From Alphaproteobacteria bacterium (GTDB lineage: Bacteria; Pseudomonadota; Alphaproteobacteria; UBA9219; RFNS01), in NCBI GenBank assembly GCA_016124955.1, contig WGMR01000008.1, positions 18,004 through 82,003 on the forward strand: a stretch of 64,000 bases of DNA, read 5' to 3'. Position 1 is the first letter of the stretch; every line of letters starts with the position of its first letter. A program made the translations under genes and the position numbers. This document shows positions 1 through 9,190 of the stretch, in pieces. The notes under the pieces were generated by a model. It was not told the DNA's origin and did not search any database. It saw only the letters and a list, made by a program, of their open reading frames with translations.

Positions 1-166
1 CAAACATGATCATCGAAACTTCGATCGTGCCGAGCATGACGGAAAACAGCACGGGCGCGATGAACGCGAATTCGACGGCCGTCGAGCCGCGCTCGCCGTT
101 CTGCCTGCCGGGAACGGCGGGGCGGACGCGCCGCATCAGGCGCAATATGCCAAGGCTATTTCGCAT
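1..166 (-). CDS. TadE/TadG-like pilus assembly protein, N-terminal fragment (CDS runs off the window start)
   Basis: My reverse-complement translation of 1..166 gives MRNSLGILRLMRRVRPAVPGRQNGERGSTAVEFAFIAPVLFSVMLGTIEVSMIMF. This is the characteristic TadE-like motif G-STAVEFA-xxPVL. The start codon is read as cat at 164-166. It is not in the ORF track because the ORF is incomplete. Confidence 0.45.
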   Translation of the reverse strand, partial: MRNSLGILRLMRRVRPAVPGRQNGERGSTAVEFAFIAPVLFSVMLGTIEVSMIMF

Positions 167-186
167 GTTTGTCAGCTTACCATGAC

Positions 187-200
187 ATGGTTAACCATGC
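187..200. promoter_or_regulatory. Perfect 14-bp palindrome CATGGTTAACCATG in the AT-rich divergent promoter region between the TadE-like gene and the acylation operon
   Basis: Seen in the sequence at 187-200. It lies in the 167-353 AT-rich gap upstream of the 354..992 gene's 3' end and the tadE-like start. Confidence 0.3.
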
Positions 201-353
201 CCTTAATCATTAAAAAGAATTAATACGAATTTCGACGCACTTTGCCGGTTTTTTGGCCTTGAAAGCAATTGTTTCGTGCACCCGGGACCGGTGCGAGGCA
301 AAAAATAACCTGAAATTTCTTAAATAATCCGGGCAAAGGCAAAAGTTAAGGAA

Positions 354-992
354 TCAGGCGGTTTTAAAGCGGGCCGGGTTGCCAAGCGCAATCGCGCCCG
401 GGGGGACCATATTGTAAACGACGCTGCCCGCACTGATCCGCGCCCGCGTGCCGACCTTAATGCCGGGCGTGATGATGGTGGCGGAACCAAGATAGACGCT
501 ATCCGCCAGCTGCGCGCGCCCGAGCATCAGCGCATAGGGGCTAAGGCATGAAAAATCCCCGATCACGGCTTCGTGGCCGACCAGTGCGCCGACATTCAGA
601 AAAACCTGCGCGCCCAGCACGGCTTCCGCCGCCACGGTCGCCTGGTGCGATATGACGCAACCTTCGCCCAGCTTCGCGCTGGATGCGACATAGGCGCGCG
701 GGTGCACGAGCGTGGTGAATTGCGCGCCGCGGCGTAAAAGCCGGTGGGTTACGGTGCGGCGGTGATCGGGTTCGCCCATCGCAATCACGCATGCATCGCC
801 GTCTTCGGGCACGTAATTGTCGATCGCGCCAATTACCTTGGCGCCGGCATGCGGCGTGCCGACCGCTTTGGTATCGTCAAGGAAGCCGCGAATCCGGAAA
901 GCGGCGCCCGCCGCCATCGCATCTTCGGCGTAGCCCGCCACTTCGAGCCCGAGCCCGCCCGCACCGACAATCACCAGATTTTTCTTGGTCAT
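354..992 (-). CDS. NeuD/PglD/VioB-family sugar N-acyl(acetyl)transferase with left-handed beta-helix (hexapeptide) repeats
   Basis: N-terminal Rossmann-like KNLVIVGAGGLGLEV motif is followed by hexapeptide repeats typical of the PglD/NeuD family. It is the last gene of a co-directional operon with 4-nt overlaps. Confidence 0.8.
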   Translation of the reverse strand: MTKKNLVIVGAGGLGLEVAGYAEDAMAAGAAFRIRGFLDDTKAVGTPHAGAKVIGAIDNYVPEDGDACVIAMGEPDHRRTVTHRLLRRGAQFTTLVHPRAYVASSAKLGEGCVISHQATVAAEAVLGAQVFLNVGALVGHEAVIGDFSCLSPYALMLGRAQLADSVYLGSATIITPGIKVGTRARISAGSVVYNMVPPGAIALGNPARFKTA

Positions 993-2248
993 GACACACC
1001 CGCCTCAAAGCCTGTTTGCACGCACCGCGTCAATTCGCGGACTATATCATACCCGTCCCATATATGGTGAAAAGCCAGCGCCTGTCCGGGCGGCACGAGC
1101 CGGTCGAAGCCGCGCCCGCCGCAGCGGGCGGCAAATTCCTGCAATATGGCGGGCGAAAAACCCGCATGCACCAGCGTCTGGTCGCGGCGCTCGGCCATGT
1201 CCGCCAGTGCCGCGAGGCCGGGCAGCACGCATTCGATCAAAAGCCCGTGCCCGTAACCCACCCGCTTGAACGGCAACAGCGCTTCGGGCGCTATGATGCG
1301 CAAAACCGCAAGCCGCGGACCGAAGGTGCGGCGCAGCGTAATCGGCAGATCGACTTGCGCGAGGTAATCGGCGCCCAGCCGTGCCATATGCGCGCCAGCA
1401 TCAATGCGCATGGCCTTATACCCGGCGGCGGCACTTACGCGCCTGTAAAAATCATCCCCCGCGCCGGTCGCGGCATCTTCCGTGCCTACCCACGCAATCG
1501 CGCGCGGGCTGGAACAGGCCATTTGCTCGTACCAGAATAAATCGTTGGCAAACTGCCCCGCCATTTTTTCGCGCGCGTCTTCGGGCATGGCCGCGTATTG
1601 TTTGGCATCGAACGCCGCCCATGAAAATTTATCAGCGAAAGCGAGGTCTTTGGTCAGCGGCCCGGCGGCAATGGCGCGTACGGCGGCCACCGCTTCATCG
1701 CCCCCCCAGATCATGCGCACGTCCGCCGCGCGGCTCAGAAGCCCGGTCGTGGCGGCATCGTGCGCATAGCGCACTATATATATGTGTGCGGCGATGGCGG
1801 GCCCGGCCTGCGCGCAGGCTTGCCGCAGCAACGCCGCCAGCAATTGTCCCGCCGCGCCGGCGCGCCCGGAAAGGCGTGTGATACTGGCATTGCCGGCAAG
1901 GAGCGCCAGCGCCAGCGTATAGACGAAGATGGTATCGACATTCGCGGGCGGAAAATGCAGCACAAGACCGCGCGGCGCGCTGCGGCTGCCTGCGGGTTGC
2001 GTCATTTTAAAGTGCGCTTCCACCCGTTGCAGCGAAGCCGGGCGCAACCAGAACCCGAGCGCCTGCAGTTCCGGATATTTGCGCGCTCCCGTGTCGTGCA
2101 ACAGCAGTTCGGAAAAAGCGGCAAGGAAATTTTTTGTTTCTTCGGCAAAGGGTTGCAGCGGGTGGTCGCGACGCGCCTGTTCCTGCTGCGCGATCAGCGC
2201 GGCCGCATCGGTTTCCGTTCCCCGGGGGGCGATAACCTGTATTGTCAT
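989..2248 (-). CDS. LuxC-like acyl-CoA / acyl-protein reductase
   Basis: 419 aa. Similarity to LuxC fatty-acyl reductases was recognised from the translation. Start and stop overlap the neighbours by 4 nt (989-992 and 2245-2248). Confidence 0.7.
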   Translation of the reverse strand: MTIQVIAPRGTETDAAALIAQQEQARRDHPLQPFAEETKNFLAAFSELLLHDTGARKYPELQALGFWLRPASLQRVEAHFKMTQPAGSRSAPRGLVLHFPPANVDTIFVYTLALALLAGNASITRLSGRAGAAGQLLAALLRQACAQAGPAIAAHIYIVRYAHDAATTGLLSRAADVRMIWGGDEAVAAVRAIAAGPLTKDLAFADKFSWAAFDAKQYAAMPEDAREKMAGQFANDLFWYEQMACSSPRAIAWVGTEDAATGAGDDFYRRVSAAAGYKAMRIDAGAHMARLGADYLAQVDLPITLRRTFGPRLAVLRIIAPEALLPFKRVGYGHGLLIECVLPGLAALADMAERRDQTLVHAGFSPAILQEFAARCGGRGFDRLVPPGQALAFHHIWDGYDIVRELTRCVQTGFEAGVS

Positions 2249-3321
2249 GCCGCCAGCCCCGCGCCGTGTACATCGCCGCAGCCGCGCAGCGGCGCGCGCG
2301 GAACCCGTCCTTCAACCACGAAGCCCTTGCCCATGCGGCCGTCAACGCCGCTATCGACCGCGATAATGCGCCCGATATCCTCGGTCAGCAGCGAATGACC
2401 GGGATAGCTGCGCGGCAGCGGGGAAAGCACCTGTATCAGCCCGGCTTCGCCGCGCGGCGCGGGCGCCAAGGTCAGCGGGTCGCGAATGATAACGTCGGCG
2501 AAAACCGGCGGGTAAAGCAACCCGTCACTGTTTTCTACAAAGATGCTGCCGACCTGTTCGGCCATGCCGTAAAAATTATGGATACGCCGCAACCCGAAGG
2601 ATTTTTCAAGCCCCGAGCGGAAGGCTTTGTTATCGACCGCCTGTGCCTGCAATTGTTTCCACCCGCCGCTGTGCAACAAAATGCCGTTCTGCATATCGTA
2701 GCCGCGTTCGCGCAGCGGCTGCCGGAAATGCTGCCAGACCATAAAGGTGAAGCCGAACATAAGGAACGGCGCGGTGCCGTGTTCAAGCAGGAATTGCCCG
2801 ATCGCGGCGCGGTTTGGTTCCATATCCTCGCTCAGCGCGAAAGCGTGGTTGCGCCCGAGCGGCATGAGCCCGAGGATCCCGGCCGCGCGCGCATTAATCT
2901 GCTCCGCGCCGCCGACGCTGGAAGGTTTGTCGATGATCAGCATGGGCAGGCGTTCCGTGCCGATCACGTCTTGCATGATGATCGCGAGCGCGCGCGCCTG
3001 CAGCTTCGCCGTTGCGGCATCGAGCGGGATGCGGCTTACGGGCCCGCTTGTCCCGCTGGATGTCAGCGTGGTGCGCACCATGCGTTCGGGCACGCTTGAA
3101 AGCAGCCGGTGCTTGAACAGCGAAACCGGTATAAAGGGCAGCGCCGCCAGCGTATCCGCGCCTTGATAATCGGGGGCGCTGAGGGAAAGGATTTTTGCAT
3201 AAGCCGGGCAATGCGCCGCGTGCTCGGCTGTCAGCATGCGCAAAAGCGGAAGCAGGTGCGTTTCCTTGATCGCCTGGCCAAGGCTGAAGGGCGGTACATG
3301 CAAAAGCTTTTCCAGCGTCAC
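2245..3321 (-). CDS. LuxE-like acyl-protein synthetase (adenylate-forming, PaaK-like fold)
   Basis: 358 aa with a TSSGTSG P-loop-like adenylation motif. LuxE-family resemblance. Translationally coupled to the flanking genes. Confidence 0.7.
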   Translation of the reverse strand: MTLEKLLHVPPFSLGQAIKETHLLPLLRMLTAEHAAHCPAYAKILSLSAPDYQGADTLAALPFIPVSLFKHRLLSSVPERMVRTTLTSSGTSGPVSRIPLDAATAKLQARALAIIMQDVIGTERLPMLIIDKPSSVGGAEQINARAAGILGLMPLGRNHAFALSEDMEPNRAAIGQFLLEHGTAPFLMFGFTFMVWQHFRQPLRERGYDMQNGILLHSGGWKQLQAQAVDNKAFRSGLEKSFGLRRIHNFYGMAEQVGSIFVENSDGLLYPPVFADVIIRDPLTLAPAPRGEAGLIQVLSPLPRSYPGHSLLTEDIGRIIAVDSGVDGRMGKGFVVEGRVPRAPLRGCGDVHGAGLAA

Positions 3322-4754
3322 AAAAGCCCCCGCAATCTTACGTAATCAATTTTGCCCTGTCCGGTCAGCGGCAGCGAAGGCAGGTATTTCAGCTTTATGC
3401 TCTGCGAAGGCAGTTGCATGCGTTCCTGCAATACCTGCTCAAGCTGTTTTTGCACGCTCTGGTCGCGCTGATCGGTGGCGATGACAATATGATCGCCGCA
3501 ATCCATCGCCGCGCAGGGCGTAACGGAACGGCCAATCGCCTCAACCTCATCCAGCATCACGCGCAAACCGTGGATCTTTGCCATGCGCTGCTTGCGCCCG
3601 GTGATGGTGAGAAAGCCTTCCTCGTCCAGCACGCCGTAATCGCCGGTGATCAGTGTGGTGCGCATGTCGTCGCCGCGCGAAAGATCGGCGCGGTCGTCGG
3701 CATAGCCGAACATCACGTTCGGCCCGCGATACACAACCTCGCCCTCCGTGCCCGGCGGGCAGGGATAGCCATCCTTGCTGATGACCTCAAGCGTGCCCCC
3801 TTCAAGCGCTTGCCCGACCGTGCCGGATTTGCGCGCAAAATCTTCAAAACGCAGCGTGGTCATGCGCGGTGATGCCTCGGTTTGCCCGTACATCACGACA
3901 AGCTTGCCGCCGCGCGTGCCAAGCTTGTCGGCGAAATCCTGCAGCAATCCGGCGTCGGCCTTGCCGCCCGCCTGCAGCCAGGTGTTGAGCGTCGGCGCGT
4001 GCAACCGCGCAAGCCCAAGCCGCTGCACCATGGTAAAATGCGAAGGCACGCCGGCAAACAGCGTGCATTGCCGGTTTTGCACCAGTTTCCAGAAATCGTT
4101 TTGCACAACGCTCGCTTCGGTCAGCACGACGCTGCCGCCGCAGGCAAGCAGCGTGTGCAGAACGGAAAGCCCGAAGGAATAGGAAAGCGGCAAATGCAGC
4201 ACCGCCCGTTGTGCCGGGTCCAGCGCAAGCGCGTCAATAACCGCGGCGATATTATGCGCGAGGTTGCGGTAAGCAAGCCGCACGAATTTCTTGCTTCCCG
4301 TGCTGCCTGATGTCGAAAGCAGCAAAAATAATTGCGGGTTGATCCCGGCCGTATCGTGCTTGTCCGCTTCATAAATCTGCATGCCGTCGGCCCCCGCTTG
4401 CAGCCGGCGCAGCCCGGTCGGGTTTGCGAGCGGCGCGGGCGCCACGATCCAGTCGGGCCGGTAAGCCTTGCGCAGGCTGCTAAGCGTGCTTTCCTCGCAA
4501 TCGTGATCGAGCATCATGATTGCGTGCCCGGCGGCGGCAATCGCGAGATAGGCGACCGCGCACGCCGCGCTGTTACGCGCGAGCAGGAAAACCAGATGTT
4601 TGTGATCGCCGGCAAAGGTTTTGGCCATTTCGGCTACGCGTTCGCGTAGCGCGCCGTAGCTGATCCAGTCCTGCAAACTCTGATCGAATAGAGCGGGGGC
4701 GTCGTCCGGCGCGTCGGGCGCAATCAGGTCTTGCGGAAGATCGAGCGCGCGCAT
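3318..4754 (-). CDS. AMP-dependent synthetase/ligase (fatty acid or acyl-CoA/ACP ligase)
   Basis: 478 aa. Carries the AMP-binding motifs LSTSGSTGSKK and YGQTE. Confidence 0.8.
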   Translation of the reverse strand: MRALDLPQDLIAPDAPDDAPALFDQSLQDWISYGALRERVAEMAKTFAGDHKHLVFLLARNSAACAVAYLAIAAAGHAIMMLDHDCEESTLSSLRKAYRPDWIVAPAPLANPTGLRRLQAGADGMQIYEADKHDTAGINPQLFLLLSTSGSTGSKKFVRLAYRNLAHNIAAVIDALALDPAQRAVLHLPLSYSFGLSVLHTLLACGGSVVLTEASVVQNDFWKLVQNRQCTLFAGVPSHFTMVQRLGLARLHAPTLNTWLQAGGKADAGLLQDFADKLGTRGGKLVVMYGQTEASPRMTTLRFEDFARKSGTVGQALEGGTLEVISKDGYPCPPGTEGEVVYRGPNVMFGYADDRADLSRGDDMRTTLITGDYGVLDEEGFLTITGRKQRMAKIHGLRVMLDEVEAIGRSVTPCAAMDCGDHIVIATDQRDQSVQKQLEQVLQERMQLPSQSIKLKYLPSLPLTGQGKIDYVRLRGLL

Positions 4755-4760
4755 GGTCCG

Positions 4761-5018
4761 TTACACGGTGACGCCGTGCAGCGCGAGGATGGAGCGCGCC
4801 TTGGCGTAATCGCTCATATCCAGTATCTGCTCGGTTGTGAACATAACTTCGAACGCCCCTTCGATGGAGGCCACCAGCCGCATATGCGCGATCGAATCCC
4901 ACGCGGCGGTATCCTGGTAGGCCAGCCGCTCGACCGGCTCCTTGCCATCAAGCGCAAGGGCGCTGCGAAAACATTCGGCCAGTCGGTCGGCATTGGTCAC
5001 GGGCATTGTTCCTTTCAA
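4761..5018 (-). CDS. Acyl carrier protein-like
   Basis: 85 aa. The DSIAHM motif is the phosphopantetheine-attachment serine context. Size and acidic helical character are typical of ACP. Confidence 0.7.
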   Translation of the reverse strand: MKGTMPVTNADRLAECFRSALALDGKEPVERLAYQDTAAWDSIAHMRLVASIEGAFEVMFTTEQILDMSDYAKARSILALHGVTV

Positions 5019-5024
5019 GGGCGG

Positions 5025-5444
5025 CTATTCGCCGATTATCTTCACAAGCACGCGTTTGCGGCGCTTGCCGTCATATTCGCCGTAAAATATCTGTTCCCAT
5101 GTGCCGAAATCCAGCTTGCCGCCGGTTATGGCCACGGTCACTTCGCGGCCCATCACCTGCCGTTTCAAATGCGCGTCGGCATTATCCTCGCCGGTGTCGT
5201 TGTGGCGGTACCGGTCGTGCGGCTTTTCCGGCGCCAGTTTTTCCAGCCATTCTTCGAAGTCGTTGTGCAACCCGCGCTCGTCGTCGTTGATAAAAACGCT
5301 CGAGCTTATATGCATAGAATTGCAAAGCAGAAACCCTTCACGGATGCCGCTTTCGGCCAGCGCCTCTTCGACCTGCGGCGTAATATTGATATAGGCGCGG
5401 CGTGAAGGGATGTTGAAAACCAGTTCCTTGCGGTAAGACTTCAT
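5025..5444 (-). CDS. yjbQ: YjbQ/UPF0047 family protein (secondary thiamine-phosphate synthase-like)
   Basis: 139 aa. Family recognised from the conserved [17 protein letters not shown] region. It is the first gene of the operon that continues into the ACP, ligase, LuxE, LuxC and NeuD genes. Confidence 0.75.
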   Translation of the reverse strand: MKSYRKELVFNIPSRRAYINITPQVEEALAESGIREGFLLCNSMHISSSVFINDDERGLHNDFEEWLEKLAPEKPHDRYRHNDTGEDNADAHLKRQVMGREVTVAITGGKLDFGTWEQIFYGEYDGKRRKRVLVKIIGE

Positions 5445-5643
5445 GGGCTTGATCCTAAAGACATTGTGCTGCCGGTCAATTTAACGCTTTTCTGCTCTTA
5501 TCAAGTTATATCAATAAGATACAATTTATCCCCAGTGCAAGAAACCCTGAATTCGCGCGGATTGCGCCCCATTCTTGCCATAAGCTGACCCTAACTTTTT
5601 GATGTAAGACGGCACACGCCGTCACAACTGCTCGGAGGAAGAT

Positions 5644-6171
5644 ATGCGCAGCAGGCTTTTCTCGAACTTCGCTTTAACCGCCGCGGTGATCGCGCTTGCG
5701 ATGCCGCTGGCCGCAGCCCCCGCCCATGCGGGCAAGGATACCGCCGGCCTGTTGCTTGGCGCCGGGCTTGGCGGCCTGCTCGGCAACCAGTTCGGTCACG
5801 GTACCGGCAAGGTGATCGCGACCAGCGTCGGCGTGTTCGCGGGCGGCCTGGTAGGCAGCTCGGTCGGCCGTTCGCTCGATCGTGCAGACCATACCTATTA
5901 CAGGGGCCAAACCACCAGCTACTACGCGCCGCAGCGCCACCGTGCGCATTACCGGCCCAACTATGTGGCCCCGGCCTATCACACGACACAAGTGATATAC
6001 GTGCCGCAACCGCAACCGGTCTATGTGCAGCAAGGCTATGTTTCGCCCACATCCTCCAATGGCAGCTATTGCCGCGAATACACCAGCAGCGTGCAGATCG
6101 GCAACCAGTTGCGCGAAAGCTACGGCACCGCCTGCATGCAGCCCGACGGCAGCTGGCAGATAAATGACTAG
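5644..6171 (+). CDS. Secreted/outer-membrane lipoprotein with a glycine-zipper (17-kDa surface antigen-like) domain
   Basis: Signal peptide, then GLLLGAGLGGLLGNQFGHGTGKVIATSVGVFAGGLVGSSVG glycine-zipper, then a Y/Q/P-rich C-terminus. Confidence 0.55.
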   Translation: MRSRLFSNFALTAAVIALAMPLAAAPAHAGKDTAGLLLGAGLGGLLGNQFGHGTGKVIATSVGVFAGGLVGSSVGRSLDRADHTYYRGQTTSYYAPQRHRAHYRPNYVAPAYHTTQVIYVPQPQPVYVQQGYVSPTSSNGSYCREYTSSVQIGNQLRESYGTACMQPDGSWQIND

Positions 6172-6246
6172 ATAAGGTCAAATTTCCGCCACGAATCTGT
6201 GGTGGATTATAGGTCTCACGTGATTGAGCAGCGCGTGAGAGAGGCG

Positions 6247-6287
6247 CCCGGAACCGCTGGATGTAAGCGGTTCCGGGTTTTCTTTTG
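6247..6287 (+). terminator. Rho-independent terminator after the glycine-zipper lipoprotein gene
   Basis: Stem cccggaaccgc / gcggttccggg with a 9-nt loop, followed by tttcttttg. Confidence 0.55.
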
Positions 6288-6341
6288 CCCGCCGCCGCCG
6301 TAATAATGGCCTTCTTCCCCGCCGGGGAACAGGAAAGCGCC

Positions 6342-7379
6342 ATGACCGATCTGCTCACCAGTGATTTTGCCTTCGACCTGCCGCCCGAACTGATCGCGCC
6401 CGCGCCCGCGCGTCCGCGCGATGCCGCGCGGCTTTTGCACGTTACCCCCGCGGCGCTGGCCGATAGGCAGGTGCATGATTTGCCCGGCCTGCTGCGTGCG
6501 GGCGATCTGATGGTGTTCAACGATACGCGCGTGATCCCATCCCGCCTGATCGGGTGGCGCGGCGATGTGCGCGTGGAAACGCTTTTGCACAAACATGCGG
6601 GCGGGGGGCTCTGGCTGGCCTTTGCCCGGCCCGGCAAGCGCTTGCGCGCGGGCGACGACATAATCTTCGCCCCCGATATTCGTGCAAAAATTATGGAAAA
6701 GTGGGAAGGGGGCGAACTGGCGCTGGAATTTTCATGCAGCCATGCCGGTCTGCTCGCCTTCATGCAGGCGCATGGCCATATGCCGCTGCCGCCCTATATC
6801 AAACGCGCGGCTGGCGATACCGCGGAAGACCGCGCCGATTATCAAACCGTTTATGCCGCGCGTGACGGCGCGGTGGCCGCGCCCACGGCGGGGCTGCATT
6901 TTACGCCCGAACTGCTTGCCGCGCTTGATGCAAAGGGCATTGAGCGCATGCATGTGACGCTGCATGTCGGGGCGGGCACGTTCCTGCCGGTCAAGGCTGC
7001 GCGCATCGCCGATCATGTGATGCATGCCGAATGGGGGGAGGTAACGCCCGAAAATGCCGCAAGGCTTTTGCGCGCGAAGCAGGAAGGTCGCCGCATCGTT
7101 GCCGTCGGCACCACGGCGGCACGGCTGCTGGAAACCGCCGCGCGCGGCGGGGCCATTGCGCCGTTTGCGGGTGAAACCGATATATTTATTTATCCCGGTT
7201 TTGCCTTCAGGGCGGTCGATGCGCTGATGACCAATTTCCATTTGCCGGAATCCACGCTTTTCATGCTGGTGTCCGCTTTCGCGGGGCGGGATCGTATGCA
7301 AGCCGCCTACCGCCATGCTATAGAGCGTCGCTACCGTTTCTTTTCCTACGGCGATGCAACCTTGCTGGAACGCGCATGA
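6342..7379 (+). CDS. queA: S-adenosylmethionine:tRNA ribosyltransferase-isomerase
   Basis: QueA family. The likely start is the [12 protein letters not shown] at 6342 inside the longer ORF 6285..7379. It overlaps tgt by 4 nt. Confidence 0.9.
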   Translation: MTDLLTSDFAFDLPPELIAPAPARPRDAARLLHVTPAALADRQVHDLPGLLRAGDLMVFNDTRVIPSRLIGWRGDVRVETLLHKHAGGGLWLAFARPGKRLRAGDDIIFAPDIRAKIMEKWEGGELALEFSCSHAGLLAFMQAHGHMPLPPYIKRAAGDTAEDRADYQTVYAARDGAVAAPTAGLHFTPELLAALDAKGIERMHVTLHVGAGTFLPVKAARIADHVMHAEWGEVTPENAARLLRAKQEGRRIVAVGTTAARLLETAARGGAIAPFAGETDIFIYPGFAFRAVDALMTNFHLPESTLFMLVSAFAGRDRMQAAYRHAIERRYRFFSYGDATLLERA

Positions 7380-8527
7380 GCACGCAATTCGATCTTCTGG
7401 CATATGATGGCGATGCGCGGCGCGGTCGCGTCACCACCGCGCATGGCAGTTTTGAAACGCCATGCTTCATGGCCACGGCCACGGCCGCGAGCGTAAAGGG
7501 CATGCACTGGCGCGATGTCGCTGCCGCCGGAGCCGAACTTGCCATCTGCAACACCTATCATCTGATGCTGCGTCCCGGGGCGGAACAGATCGCGGCGCTG
7601 GGCGGGCTGCACGCCTTCACCGGCTGGCAGGGCCCGATTTTGACGGATTCCGGCGGTTTTCAGGTGATGTCGCTGACGGGGTTGCGCAAGCTGACCGAAC
7701 AGGGCGTGGTCTTTCGCTCCCACGTCGATGGCACGCAATATAACCTGACGCCCGAACGCTCGATCGAAATCCAGCATTTGCTCGATAGCGATATCGCAAT
7801 GGCGTTCGATGAATGCACGCCGTTCCCGGCTGAACCGGATGTGGCGGCGCAATCCATGCGCATGTCGATGCGCTGGGCGCAGCGTTCGCGCGATGCCTTC
7901 AAGGCGCGCACAGGCTACGGCCTGTTCGGGATCGTGCAAGGCGGCGTGCACCCGCATCTGCGGCTTGAATCGGTCGAAGCGCTGCGCAAGATCGGTTTCG
8001 ATGGTTACGGTATCGGCGGCCTTGCCGTGGGCGAAGGGCAGGAAAGCATGTTCGCCATGCTTGATGTCACCAAAGCGGTGCTCCCGGCCGGTAAGCCGCG
8101 CTATCTCATGGGGGTCGGGCGGCCCGATGATATGGTCGGTGCCGTGGCGCGTGGGGTCGATATGTTCGATTGCGTAATCCCCACGCGTTCGGGCCGTACC
8201 GGGCAAGGTTTTACAAGCCGCGGCGTGTTGAACATTCGCAACGCCCGTCATGCGGCCGATAAACGTCCGCTCGATGAAAATTGCGGCTGCCCGGCCTGCG
8301 CGAACCACAGCCGCGCCTATCTGCACCACCTGTTCCGGGCCGATGAGATGCTGGGTCCGATGCTGCTAAGCTGGCACAACATGCATTACTATCAAGATTT
8401 GATGCGCGGCATCCGGGCCGCCATTGAAGCCGGCGCCTTCGCCGCCTTCGCCGAAGCCTTTTATGCCGGCTATACGCGCGGCGATATCGATCCGCCGGAA
8501 AAGGCCGGCAAACCCGCCGCCGGATAG
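7376..8527 (+). CDS. tgt: Queuine tRNA-ribosyltransferase
   Basis: 383 aa. Tgt family with the Zn-binding CxCxxC...H motif (CGCPACANH). The queA-tgt adjacency is canonical. Confidence 0.9.
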   Translation: MSTQFDLLAYDGDARRGRVTTAHGSFETPCFMATATAASVKGMHWRDVAAAGAELAICNTYHLMLRPGAEQIAALGGLHAFTGWQGPILTDSGGFQVMSLTGLRKLTEQGVVFRSHVDGTQYNLTPERSIEIQHLLDSDIAMAFDECTPFPAEPDVAAQSMRMSMRWAQRSRDAFKARTGYGLFGIVQGGVHPHLRLESVEALRKIGFDGYGIGGLAVGEGQESMFAMLDVTKAVLPAGKPRYLMGVGRPDDMVGAVARGVDMFDCVIPTRSGRTGQGFTSRGVLNIRNARHAADKRPLDENCGCPACANHSRAYLHHLFRADEMLGPMLLSWHNMHYYQDLMRGIRAAIEAGAFAAFAEAFYAGYTRGDIDPPEKAGKPAAG

Positions 8528-8562
8528 TTGCCGGGGGCGCGCGGCTGGTTTAGAAGATACGT

Positions 8563-9078
8563 ATGTATTTCCGCCAAGCCGTCATATTCGTTTTCTGCCT
8601 GTTCGTGGCCGCCGTTGTGGCCGCGATCGGCCTGCGCGCCGATCAGGAAGAAAAAACCGCCACCACGCAAACCCAGTATCCGCAGTTCGCGGCGCTGCGC
8701 TTCAACGAAGTGAACCTGCGCACGGGCCCCGGCAAGCGCTACCCGGTCGAATGGGTTTACCGGCGCGAAGGCATGCCGGTTGAAATTACCGCGACATTCG
8801 ATGTTTGGCGCCGGGTGCGCGATTGGGAGGGTTCGGAAGGCTGGGTGCACAAAACCATGCTGCGTTATCGCCGCACCGCCATCATTACCGGCAAGCAGCG
8901 CAAGCTGCATCTCAAGCCCGATGCCGCCGCGCCGGTAGTGGCGCAGCTGGAAGGCGGCGTGATCGCCCGTCTGGAATCTTGCGAAAGCGAATGGTGCATG
9001 CTCGAAGCGGGCGGCGCCGAAGGCTGGCTGCGCAAGGCGGATTTCTGGGGCGCGGCGGCACCCGAAACATTCGATTAA
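8563..9078 (+). CDS. Membrane-anchored bacterial SH3 (SH3b)-domain protein
   Basis: N-terminal TM helix plus an SH3b-like core (VNLRTGPGKRYPVEWVY...GWV). Confidence 0.5.
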   Translation: MYFRQAVIFVFCLFVAAVVAAIGLRADQEEKTATTQTQYPQFAALRFNEVNLRTGPGKRYPVEWVYRREGMPVEITATFDVWRRVRDWEGSEGWVHKTMLRYRRTAIITGKQRKLHLKPDAAAPVVAQLEGGVIARLESCESEWCMLEAGGAEGWLRKADFWGAAAPETFD

Positions 9079-9190
9079 CATATTGATATAACTGCATAAA
9101 CCAATACGGAAAGTATTGTTTGCGTTGTCGCGCCCGGGCTTTTCTGAGACACTCCCGCGCATCCGATTCAATAAGCGACAGGGGCTGGCG

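Noticed and set aside
5591-6763. 390-aa ORF on the minus strand overlapping queA, and many similar long antisense ORFs (e.g. 7346..8329, 13646..14524, 20657..21769, 41485..43338, 46926..48212, 50065..51327, 57714..59447, 61216..62421)
   Set aside because: These are typical stop-codon-poor reading frames antisense to real genes in high-GC DNA. Their translations are Arg/Pro/Ala-rich low-complexity with no domain architecture, and each is fully covered by a well-supported gene on the other strand.
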